Assembly (NCBI GenBank): GCA_012295275.1
Contig: CM022673.1
Span: forward strand, 10,912,001 to 10,976,000
Direction: 5' to 3'
Length of the DNA stretch: 64,000 bases
DNA from: Chrysomallon squamiferum
Lineage: Eukaryota > Animalia > Mollusca
Position numbers and translations under genes: made by a program. This document shows positions 53,125 to 64,000 of the stretch, piece after piece (within the stretch, counting starts at the first letter, position 1; the number at the start of each line of letters is the position of its first letter). The notes beneath the pieces were generated by a model that had not been told where the DNA came from, did not search any database, and saw only the letters and a program-made list of their open reading frames with translations.

Positions 53125-55346
53125 GTAATATTAATAACAATGATAATAGTGAATATTGGTTATACCTTAGCCATTGGAATTTTTCCGTGAATTTTTTTGC
53201 TGTCATCATGGCTGCCTGGTTTTTCTGTTGGCACTGAGGGTCTCATTGTCAACATTTCCAGTAACTCAGACTCAGACAGCCCATACCGCGAAGTTTCTAT
53301 TAAACACAGGGTTGCTAGAACAAGATCTCCATGTATTCTGAAACCACTCGCTTCAAAACCTGAAACAATTAAAAAAAGTAAAAATTTATTTTAAAAATTT
53401 CACATTCTGCCATATTCATTTTGAAATAGTTAATATTAAAATCAAAATTTAATTGTTTCTTTCATTTTGAATATAAAATAAACTAAATAAATTTTCAAAT
53501 TTACTAGTGATAAAGTGATTAATTTAAATGACTGATGATTAATCTTTGTTAATAATAAAGAATGACAATAAAATAACAAGCCTGTGAATATATTAATCAT
53601 GTTTCTTCAGATGCAAAAAAGTCTACACAGACTATGTTCAACAATGCAATTTAATAAAAAAAATTATTTTATTTTATATTTTATTTTATAATGTCTGATA
53701 TGCCATAAATTTTGTAATTACTATAAAACAATAACCATTATCATAATTATATTAAAAAAATGTTATACCTAAAACATTCCAGGAAAAACATTTCTACAGA
53801 TTATTAGTGCAGTTCACTCGTGTATTACAAAAAAATTATCATTTACCTCTTGCAACAAACCACCAAGCTCTTCTGGCAAGGAGGTAACTTTAGCGGTCAG
53901 ACTGCGGAAATCTCCAAACACGCGCAGCTCCTCACATGCAACACTCAGCCACAATGGCCGTCCCGCATCTTTCTTCTTGATCAGCAACGCCATCTGAAAT
54001 TTTTAAATATTATAACGAAAAAATTAGTTAATGTAAAACTAACAGACTGAAAATTTCATTACTGAATTTGTTTTCTACAGTAATTTTCATTTTACAATCA
54101 TATCACAGTGGATATAACTTTCTACTTTTCACACTTTGCAGTTTAAAAAGAAATGTATTTTTATAGAGACATCAAATAATGTTGATTTATTATTGTTGAT
54201 TTTTATAATTTACATCCTATTACAGAGCAGTAACTGTTGTTAAACAAAAAACTTATAACTGACTACATAATACCAAACATATCTTTACAAATTTTTAAAT
54301 TTCTTTTAAAGTTATTGTTCTCATTATGGCCATCATTATCAAACCCTTCATTATTATTATTATTATTGTTGTTGTTGTTTTTACTATTACTATTATTATT
54401 AATTTTTTTATTATTATTATTGTTTTTGTTGTTGTTTTTACTATTATGGTTATTATCATAGTTTTTATTATTATTATTATATATTATTATTAGTCATTTA
54501 TTCATTTATTTATTTATTGTCTGTTTATCTCAGAACTGACACTAATCTAGTCAACTGACAGGGTTGGTTTATTTTTAGTCCATTGTGGTACTTTATAATA
54601 CTCACTTGTTCATCGTCCAGTTGTTTGTTGTATTCTTTCAGAATCTTGACAACGATGTCTTCTCGCACCTCCCCACTGAGCGGCTCCACAGTCAGCTCCT
54701 GTGTTTTGATCTCGTGATTTCTCAAAGCATCCAAACATTTTCCTTCAAGAGTACTAACTATCAGCTTGACTCTTTTGGGAAGTTTCCTAGGCAACCAAGT
54801 CAGCTGTTGTGCATTGCCTAACCAAAGAAAACAGAAACTTTCAATAAGAAATCAAAAATTATAACATATATTTTCATGACAGCAAGATGGATGATTAGAT
54901 ATATAGATTGTAAAAAAAAAAAAAAAATAGAAAATTTAATATGAAATATTCTTTAGGTTATATCTTACATTTTGTTACGAATTCTGCTGATTTTTTTAAG
55001 ATATAATAAACATTTGTTAAAAATTCAAAATAAAATAAAATAAAATCGAAATATCATTTTACCTTCATCATCCATCTGATTCAAAGCATCAATGTAGATT
55101 ATCAGTTTCTCATAACCTTCTTCGCGAGCGTGGCGTGCTGACATCTTCAACATCGTTGGCACGAAGCGCATCATTTCATCGTGGTCCACTGGGATCACCG
55201 AGCCACTTGGCATGCACTCGTGGAACAAGCGAGACAAAATACTGTATGCGTTGGTCGAGTCTGGCGTAGCACCAGTGAAATGGAAAAATACCTGAAATGT
55301 TTTATAATTGATGCGTTATGTTTGGAGCTTTTAGAAAAATAAGAAA

Positions 55347-55379
<33 letters not shown>

Positions 55380-57770
55380 CAAAAGGTGGATTCAGTATAG
55401 GTTTAGAGAGAGATTGGAAAGAGAGAAACAGAGAGAGAGAGGAAGAAAGAGAGAGAGAGAGAGAGGGAAAGAGTAAATGAGGAGAGAGAGAGAGAGGGGA
55501 GAGAGAATGAGAGAGAGATAAGAAGAAAGTGTGAGAGAGAGAGAGAGACCAAGAGAGGAAGAAAGATAGTGAGAGAGAGAATGAAAGGCGAGAGAGGAAG
55601 AGACATAAATTATACTTTTTTTAATGTTTCAGGTTTTAAAACGAGTGGTTTCAGAATATGGTGAAGATCTTAGAGAGAGGGAATACGACTGAAAGAGCCA
55701 AAGAAACAGAATTACAATGAGAATGTAGAGAGAGAGAGACACAGAGATCTAGAGAGGGAGTGAGATAGTGACATAATGATCCAGAGAGACAACAGCTTAA
55801 AGAGGAGACACACAAAAACACACACACACACATACACACACAGACTGAAAGACAGATAAACATACAGACACATACAGGAGGAAACACAGAGCAAACAGGA
55901 GACAGAAAAGACAGAGAGAGAGATACACTTCATCTAGAAACACATGTAATTAAATTCACTGGACTCAACACTAACTCAGATCACTTACTTTATTTGATTG
56001 ATTTTCACAACTCATTTTAGCTGATGAAGCGACAAGAGCACTTTTCCCAGCACCAGGAAAGCCAACAAGGGAGAGAATAATTTCGTTTTTATTTTCACGA
56101 CTGATGTAATTTTCAATCTCCTGCAGCAGTGAATCTCGCCCCAGAAGAATCTGAAAATTTTCAAATGAATATGAAATTCTGAACAGACAGGAGCATATGT
56201 ATGTTACATTTTTTGAGTGGTAGTCTTGTTCAGTTTTTGATAAACTATAACTGAGATTTCTGGAAACTATCAGCCTATTGGTTTTGTTTCTGAGTAGTAT
56301 CAAACCTTTGCTAATTATAAAGTAGGTCAAGCTCAGATAGAGGAGAAATACCATTTTGCATATTTTATCTGGATTGTTTTTCTATTTTGGAAGACAAACC
56401 ATAACTAATATTAAAGTTTACCTAATTATAATCAGGAAAGATCAGGGAAGCAACCATTTTTCTTTCTTTCTCCTTTTTTCATTTTTTTTTTTATATTTCA
56501 GTGAATGATTTATTAAATTTATTTTAAGACAAAACATTTTTTTAAAGTGCTGTTCACGTCTTAATTAAAATTACCAACCTGACCACGCCTCATCATGAAG
56601 TCTTTCTGCTGTGAGTACAATTCCTCCGTTTCAGTGAGCTCCTCATTAAGACAGTTGTCCGGATACTGGTAGCTGAGTTTAGACTTGAAGAAGTCGAGGA
56701 TGGTTTGACCAAACTGTTCCAATCCTGTCAACATGATCCTCGCACCACTGACGTTGTCAAACATGGTCGAATACTCGACAGTTTGATCAGGAAAATGTTG
56801 GCGAATTTTACCTAAAAAAAAAAAAATTTAAATGAAAAAAAATATTTTTTTATCATTTCACTCACTGAAAATTCAAATTTAAAAATCACTGGATTGGACG
56901 AAGTGGAATTATTTGAACAATGGTGCAGTCCAAATATTTTTAAACCCTATTCATTTGTTTTATTTTATTATTAATTAAGACTGGGACAAAATGAAATGTA
57001 ACTAGAAAGTATGCAGAATTAATTTAGACTGTTTATTCCAATGACCAAATGGTGTACACTTTAAAAATAAACTTAGTAATTTTTGCTATTGTGAAACCTC
57101 AAAACTCTTTATTCTTTTACTGTAAGTATGAATAAATTTGCTTTGACATAAAAAAATCTGCTTGTACTATAAATAATATGATTTCATCCAGCCATATTTC
57201 ATTTATTAATAGACATAAAGGTTTCCAACCTTTCAGTATTTCCAGTGAGGTTCTGTTGTCAGGGTTATGTTCTGTGTAACTCCTGGCAACATCACTGTCA
57301 TGGATGGAATTCAGAAAACTGGGATTTCTCAACATAAACAAAGCCTGAAAATGAAAAGTTTTAAATTATATTTAAAAAATAACAACAACAAAATAAAACA
57401 AAATCTCTGATACTCGTCATTTTTCTTCATACACATATATACATTTTTATTTTTTTTGCACATGCACAAATATAATTTTCTATTTTAACATAAAAAATTG
57501 ATAAATATTGGTTTAATTAAATTTTTTTTTTTTTTTAAGGTACATATATTATTTTCATATATATTATACATATATATAGAAACTGCTATTCTGCCAGTCA
57601 TCATGACACGGGTTTATCAAAGTGTATGGTATGTGATGCTCTGCATATTGTCTTTCTTAACAAAATCATGTGACATCAAAAATCATTATTAATATAAAGA
57701 TATGTTATAGGTTTTATAATGCCAATTATTTTGTATTATATTCTTTTATTATTATATATACACAAACACA

Positions 57771-57801
<31 letters not shown>

Positions 57802-60784
57802 TTTGTTTTGTTATTTTATTAACTTAAAACTCATTTCTGCTGAAATTGATAATGCTATTATCCTCAGAAAATTTGTTTTTGTTCCAATTATAAACTTTTT
57901 ATTTTGTTTTCAAGAAAATATGGATATTTAATTTCACTAAATACTAAATGTATTTAACTCACATGTGGGTTTTTGTCCCAGTATGCCCCAGTCAAGATTT
58001 CTAAAGCAGTCATTGATACTCCTGGAAGCCATTTGTACCTGTTAAATAAATACATACATAATTATATTGAAAATGGTGGTGGGGGTTTTATCTGTTTTTT
58101 AAATTGTAGTCAGCTATTACATATCCAGTATCACTGAGGCAGGAAACTGTAAATAATGTACAAGGTTTATATGTTAGTAAAATATTCTATTCAGATTTCA
58201 AATAATGGAGTACATACCAGTAATTTTATATTATTTACATTAAACAAAAATTTATTCAGGACCATCAATGATAGACCACAAATGATCTACAAGATTTATT
58301 AGCAAGAAAAATATTCTGTAAGTTTTTAAAAATTTCAGTAATCCAATGCTGTATTTTTATATTTTAAATATATAAACAGACACCTTATATATATACATGA
58401 AAATAAAATAGATTTTTGCAACCATTAAAAATAAACACAAATAAATGATTTCCTTCATAACATTTGAAGATGATTAAATCTTATTCTTTGAATTATAGTT
58501 GATAATATTTTCTGAGCATTTTTCTTATCAGATATTTAGAATTTTGCACACAATTCTTCAGTCTGTGTTTATTTTTTTTAAACTTTTGTAATTTTGAGAA
58601 AAAAAATATTATCAGTTCATTCATAAGTTTTTGCCTTTTTGTTTTATGGTTAATGAAGGTTTCAGCTAGACTCAAAATTTTAAATTCTTTCAGTGAAATC
58701 ATATGAATCCAGTTTTTATATATTTTGCAGAACTTTACCTCAGTTTAAGATCCTCGGGAACGTCTTCAGACTTCATCACATAACCATATCTTTCTGACAA
58801 CATTCCGAGAAAGTAGGGAAATTCATTTTCCTCTCGACATCTGAAATAAAGATTTAAAATAAATTTAAAAAACGTTTTTATTTATTTTTTTATTTTTCTT
58901 CTGTTTAATGTTTATATTGCTGAAGATAATTTAACAAATTTGGTTAAAACAATACAAAAGTATTAGATTCAAATTTAGGCCTAATGAATATGATTTCTTA
59001 TCAGTTAGTAATTATTGGTGTATTGATTCAGGTACAAAGTAATGATTTTTGGTCTGCCTAAAGTATATTTCCCATTCCAACCATGCTGTGAGAATAATGA
59101 AATAAAAACCTATTATGTGTACCTTTGTATAAAAAGAAACATAAAAACTATAATGAGCAGGGCATATAACTCTGAGTGACATAGAAACAACAGAATCATA
59201 CTGGTGTCAAGCAAAACAGTGGTGAAAACAGTGGTGAAAACAGTAGTGAAAACAGTGGTGAAAAGAGTGGTGAAAACAGTGAAAAGAGTGGTGAAAACAG
59301 TAGTGAAAACAGTAGTGAAAAGAGTGGTGAAAAGAGTGGTATAGCCAAGCTATGGCAAGCTTGGTCACCACTAGAAGGGGTTAGGCACTGAGCATTTTCT
59401 GTTAAAACCGACAGATTTCTGAACTGATTTTATGATTACATTGTCTGAAAGGTGGGTGTTAGATGTTTGGACATGTGCTTGCTATGGATGCTGTTTTCCA
59501 TAAATACAACCCTGGATGAAAATCTGGGCAAACATGGAAGAAACTGCTAAAAATTTGTGTGAAATTTCAACCAAAGCAATAGCCAAAGCAATAGCCATAT
59601 TCCATTGATTAACAGAAATATATAGTTTTTGTAACTGCAAACAAAGTAACGTGCTATGCGAAGTCACTAAAATAAATCTGTTATACTAAATATTCAGTCA
59701 TTTAAAACTCGATATTTGTTTACCTATCTATCTCAGACAAGCAGGCGAGGATTGTCTCCCTTGTGTCTGAGTCCTTTGGAACCCCCAGCGCAGGTCGCAC
59801 TCTATGAGGTTCAGTTTGCGCTCCTCACACCACTGCCTCAGGGTGGGGATGATTGTTTTCACAAGATACTCCCTCTCACAGCCCATGTCCTTGAATGTCG
59901 AACTGATGAAGAGACGCACGGTTTTCCAGGTCTTTCTCTGAAAATTAAAAAAAAAAAAAAAAATTAAGAAATATTCCGAAATATTTTTTTATCATTTTAA
60001 AAAAATTTTTATTATAAAAATTCACTAGATTTTGTTGTTTTTTTTTTTTTTTTTTTTTTGGTAAAGAAATGAAAATTGTGTATCATTGTAAGTCTGTTAT
60101 TAACTTTATTGTTGGAAAAGAATGGTTTCCATTCAATTTTAAAAAGTATTTTTATTAGTGTATAAATAGGTATTTAAAAAAAAAAAAAGTGATTTTTATC
60201 ACAAGCACATTTAAGTGTTTCTTATAGTCTGTTATTTTTCTTTTCAGCACTAAAAGTATGTCTCTCTGTGTGTATGTCTGTGTGTCTATGTGTCTGTGTG
60301 TGTGTGTGTATGTTAATTAATAATAAAATTTACCTTTTTCATTGGCTTGACAACAGAATCTTTTTTCACTATCAGATGATCAACTACATCCCACCATTTT
60401 ATATCATTTCCAAGGTCAAGGTCAGACATGAGATTTGCTATATCAACATTCTGCCAGTTCCCAGTGTTATTGTTGATGTTATAATTTCCTGCCAATGTGT
60501 CTGTCTCTTTCTTTTCAATGGTAGCCATTTTGTTTTCTGACTTCTGAAAGTTTTTACAATGAATTATAACAAATACAGGAACTGTTTTTTTTAAATAATA
60601 ATAATAGTAAAAATAAATGATTTTAAATACAAGAAATGTTAAAGAGTTTTGGTGATAATTTGGCTAGAAATTTTAGGACATTTGCAGAGTAGTAATTTGT
60701 AAGTATGCTGTTATGAAAAACATATTAACTGTATTTAATGACAAAATTAACTATTTATATTTATATTTAAAATTGTTATTTCTT

Positions 60785-60818
<34 letters not shown>

Positions 60819-61511
60819 AGTAAATACATGACAGATCAAAAACACATGCATATACAGTTATGTCTTATTATTATTATTTTCCAAAAAGATCAGTTAATAT
60901 ACTTGTTGCCCATGCAACACTGAACAAATTCACAAATTATTAAAATTACAGAAATTCACAACACTAGACTCATTTACATTTCACAACATTTCACATTTTA
61001 CATACACACAATATTACAAAAAATTCACATTTCACACCATTTCACAAATTCACACTATTTCACATATTCACAACATTACACAAATTCACAACACTTCAAC
61101 AATATCAGCATTTTGACAAACCTCTTCAGAAGCTTCTACAGCATTGATCACCATCCCACGATCCTTTTCAAACTCTCAACAGAATCTTCAGAAGCTTCTA
61201 CCTTTATCACCATCCCTCGTCTTTTCTTCATCTACCTCTTCTGTTCTCCTCAGATTGTCATCAGAACTCAGTGTCTCAGGACTTCCCTTGCGGATGTGTT
61301 TGGTGTCGAAGTACTTGTTATCTGGACATTTGGTCACAAAGAGTGGAACGTCGTCAGGTTTCTTTATATTATTTTTTGTTGCTTTGTTTTCCCCCTTATT
61401 TTCCCCCTCGACTGCCCCCTTGTTGTTGGTCTGAGTCAGGCTGCTTGAGGATGGAAGACGTACAAACTGAGATTTGGTTTTGTCTTGATACTTGGACGAA
61501 CCGCAACCCAT
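46647..61511 (-). CDS. DUF4062-NACHT/AAA-TPR STAND NTPase (nephrocystin-3/TEP1/NWD-like architecture) with N-terminal acylation motif
   Basis: Nineteen coding exons: 61236(or 61202)-61511, 60334-60543(or 60536), 59724-59937 (frameshift), 58739-58840, 57963-58038, 57230-57344, 56579-56811, 55989-56150, 55063-55291, 54606-54817, 53847-53993, 53166-53359 (frameshift), 52071-52250, 50720-50935, 49460-49658, 48458-48540, 47856-48039, 47397-47485, 46647-46904. Motifs: MGCGSS; VRLFISSTFKDMGCEREYL...DLRWG...CLSEIDRC...FLGMLSERYGY...SMTALEI (DUF4062-like); Walker A GFPGAGKS; Walker B LIIYIDALNQM; WLP...LIVST; GRPLWLSVACEELRVFG; SRYGLSESEL; RKCEELPYQL; TPR-like YFEQSLNLCLTAFGKYHLKTARCY and ILEEVQGKNHPNTVRS. 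Exact orthology is not determinable by eye. Confidence 0.88.
48545..49110. repeat. Degenerate ~60-70-bp AT-rich tandem repeat abutting an acceptor
   Basis: Recurrent atcatatttattacataaact...tttattaatcttaatat units. Confidence 0.7.
50940..51560. repeat. 45-bp minisatellite abutting an acceptor of the STAND gene
   Basis: Unit aaaatattttaatatggtttttagtacagttttgttacaagatgt, about 13 copies. Confidence 0.95.
52413..52636. repeat. 224-bp loopless imperfect palindrome with a (TAGTA)n/(TACTA)n core
   Basis: Symmetry centre agta|tact at 52524/52525; the 112-bp arms align without gaps. Confidence 0.9.
52990..53125. repeat. (AAT)n microsatellite
   Basis: Direct inspection. Confidence 0.95.
55404..55925. 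repeat. Degenerate GA/CA-rich simple-sequence tract
   Basis: Direct inspection. Confidence 0.85.
55989..56150 (-). CDS. Walker A (P-loop) exon of the STAND gene
   Basis: ILLGRDSLLQEIENYISRENKNEIILSLVGFPGAGKSALVASSAK; the GR motif upstream of GxxGxGKS is typical of STAND NTPases. Confidence 0.92.
59212..59340. repeat. 12-bp tandem repeat (gtggtgaaaaca)
   Basis: About 10 copies with aaca/aaga and gtgg/gtag variants. Confidence 0.9.
59724..59937 (-). CDS. DUF4062-like domain exon of the STAND gene (1-nt frameshift)
   Basis: RKTWKTVRLFISSTFKDMGCEREYLVKTIIPTLRQWCEERKLNLIECDLRWG, continuing in the next frame as VPKDSDTRETILACLSEIDR. Confidence 0.9.
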
Positions 61512-61584
61512 TACCTCATTCAGGTTTCAGACAAACATTCTGAAAAAATAAAAATAAATAAATAAATAAAAAAATAAAGAAACA

Positions 61585-61620
<36 letters not shown>

Positions 61621-62603
61621 AAAGAAAAAAGGAAATGAAAAAATGGAAAAAGAAAAGAAAATGAAAAACTGCATCATATATCCTTAAATAAGTTCATAAA
61701 TGTAAAAAAAAAAATGTCTTCCTGAATAGTTTTATTTTTTTTTTTTTTATTTATTTTTTTTTTTAACTGTCATCAAAATATATCTTCTGGATAGTAAATT
61801 AACTAAAAGATTTTAAAAAGATATAAGAATTAAAAAAAATAAAATAATAAAATACAAAATATTTCATAAATTCATGCCAATAATTGCTTTAAGTATTTTG
61901 CAACTTTAAAATATAGTTTGTGTTCATTTAAAAAAATATAATAATAAAAAAAAAAAAAAAAAAAACTGTAAAAACAAAAATAATAATAAAAATAATAAAA
62001 ATGCTTTTTACATACATGCACAAAACATATTAGTTACTTAAAATCACTCTTTCATTATTTTGATGATGATGATGATGATGTTGATGATGATAAGGAGATA
62101 ATTATAATTATTATATGACATTTGATAAATTCTGCAAATGTTTACAAAAACGTGGCAAAGTATGAGGACTAGATAAATTTCTTGTTATATATATATAGAT
62201 ATATATATATACATTGTTCAAAGTTATTTCATTAGTGTTCAATTACTAATTTATATCTTAAAAGAACATTTTGAAAACAATTAAATTGTTGTTATATAAG
62301 AACCATTTTGTTTTGATGTATAGTTTTTATAGGTGACAATGAAATCAATATGCATGAATCTGTTACTCTCTAAAACAATGAGATGAGAAGTAAAATAGTT
62401 AACTTCATTTACAAATGTTTTTGTATTATTTTAGGACAAAAGATACATAACTGGCTACTGTCTTAAAAAATCAGCTTATATGATTTCAAGTTTGTTACAG
62501 GCTGTATTTCATAAATTACTGAGCCTATTTGTTCATTTGACAATAATAACACATTTGATTTCTGAAACAAAATTTTATATTCCATTTTGACAATTCTGAC
62601 TAA

Positions 62604-62607
<4 letters not shown>

Positions 62608-62686
<79 letters not shown>
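62608..62686. repeat. (GA)n microsatellite
   Basis: Direct inspection. Confidence 0.95.
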
Positions 62687-62688
<2 letters not shown>

Positions 62689-62980
62689 TTATGTATACAA
62701 ATCCTACACGACTGTTTTACAGTGGTACTTGGCAACAGTAGAAAAAACATTTATTGTCTTTTTTTTTTTTTTTCTTTTCTTTCTTTCTTATTCTTTTGAA
62801 AACAATCCCCTTTCAAACATATTATTTTTTTTTTTTTTTTAACATTTATACCATCAAGCATCAAGAAGAACACTCACCTACCCCCAAAAAATGTAGAGAG
62901 AACACTAACGTAAAATAACGTAAACTATAAAGTTGATTTTTATTTTCTTAACATCGGTAAACAACTAAAACAGAACTTAC

Positions 62981-63150
62981 CTTGACCACCTGCAATCACT
63001 AACTGCACAGGTAAACAGGTAATACAACATCGATTGATTCATTGTCTAAGCGTGTCGAAGTGACCAGTGGTCCGAGTTTCGCGGTTCGCTGACCGATTGT
63101 TCGTACTGTGACAGAAATACGGCAAGTGACATAATGCGGTTTACAGTTTA
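62981..63150 (-). promoter_or_regulatory. Putative promoter and non-coding first exon of the STAND gene
   Basis: CpG-enriched block ending in a minus-strand donor AAG|GTAAGT (cttac at 62976-62980). A matching acceptor at 61540-61542 lies just upstream of the ATG at 61511. Confidence 0.5.
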
Positions 63151-64000
63151 TAAAGCAGTGTACGATTGTAATACATTATTGTACTGTCGTTAATTAGTCT
63201 ATTATAAACTGCAATGTTTGATTGTTCATGTTCCATTAAATCCGTCGTTAATTAACTCATGAATTCAGGTATTATGTTCCTTCATGCATTGTACCGAGAA
63301 ATCAGACCCAAGCCCCCGCAATCTCCAGTCAGCCCTTCAGGGGAACTATACTTCGTTTCAGCGAAATCAATAGACTCATAAAATAATAAATATGCAGGTT
63401 TGGCCTTGACACCGAGGATCGATATTATCGATACGCATTAAATAGCAGTAGTCTCCACTTAGCCTGTATTTATATAATGTATTTAAATGTGACGTCAGAA
63501 AAGTCCGTTGGCCTGTTGTATATTAAATACGTGTCTGGGGGCTGTTATAACCTGTATTTCATTGGACCATTTTATGTTTTGGAGAATGTGTGTGCGTCTG
63601 TCCAAGTGGAAGTATTATTTCGAAGAAGCGTGTTTTCTCCTGGGTGTCAAAAACAGGTGCTGACATGTTTTCTTAGTTTGTTTGAATGGCAACGTATTCA
63701 ATAAAACATTAACCCATTTGGATACACTATTCGCAAAACGTTAATGTTTTTTTTTATTTATTAGAATAGCATTTATTTTCTTTCTTCTTTTTTTTCTTTC
63801 TTTCTTTCTTACTGTATTTATGTTTTTCTCTCATCTCTTCATGAGAGACCGCACATAATTATCACCTTTAATGCTTTATGTAAACAGTCAAGGTCGCCAA
63901 ATTGTATAAATGTGGCTGTTTTTGCAAAACAAAACAAAATTTGAGACAGGCTTAGAGTTACACTTAAGATGAAATGGATTTATTTATAATTGAACTTGTT

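Noticed and set aside
63240-63700. GC-richer block near the right edge as an RNA gene or new exon
   Set aside because: No tRNA cloverleaf, snRNA motif or convincing spliced ORF was recognised

Overview
AT-rich, intron-dense animal genomic DNA, probably from a mollusc or other lophotrochozoan (inference). I found no prokaryotic features, tRNA/rRNA or CRISPR. Manual splicing recovers three multi-exon genes. (1) VPS41 on the minus strand: ATG at 8664, 13 exons visible (~396 aa), running off the left edge. (2) A class VI POU-homeodomain gene (POU6F2/pdm3-like) on the plus strand, head-to-head with VPS41: CDS 20602-36069, ~589 aa. (3) A convergent minus-strand STAND-type NTPase, CDS 61511-46647, ~1130 aa, with an N-terminal MGCGSS acylation motif, a DUF4062-like domain, a NACHT/AAA P-loop and a TPR-like C-terminus (NPHP3/TEP1/NWD-like architecture). 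Main observations: the VPS41-POU6 arrangement matches human VPS41-POU6F2; tandem duplications are repeatedly anchored on exon-intron junctions and leave decoy splice sites; three single-base frameshifts lie in otherwise intact exons, probably assembly indels; there is a 224-bp loopless palindrome, a CLEAR/M-box beside the VPS41 start, and several RFX X-box-like motifs. Most ORFs in the supplied track are microsatellite artefacts.
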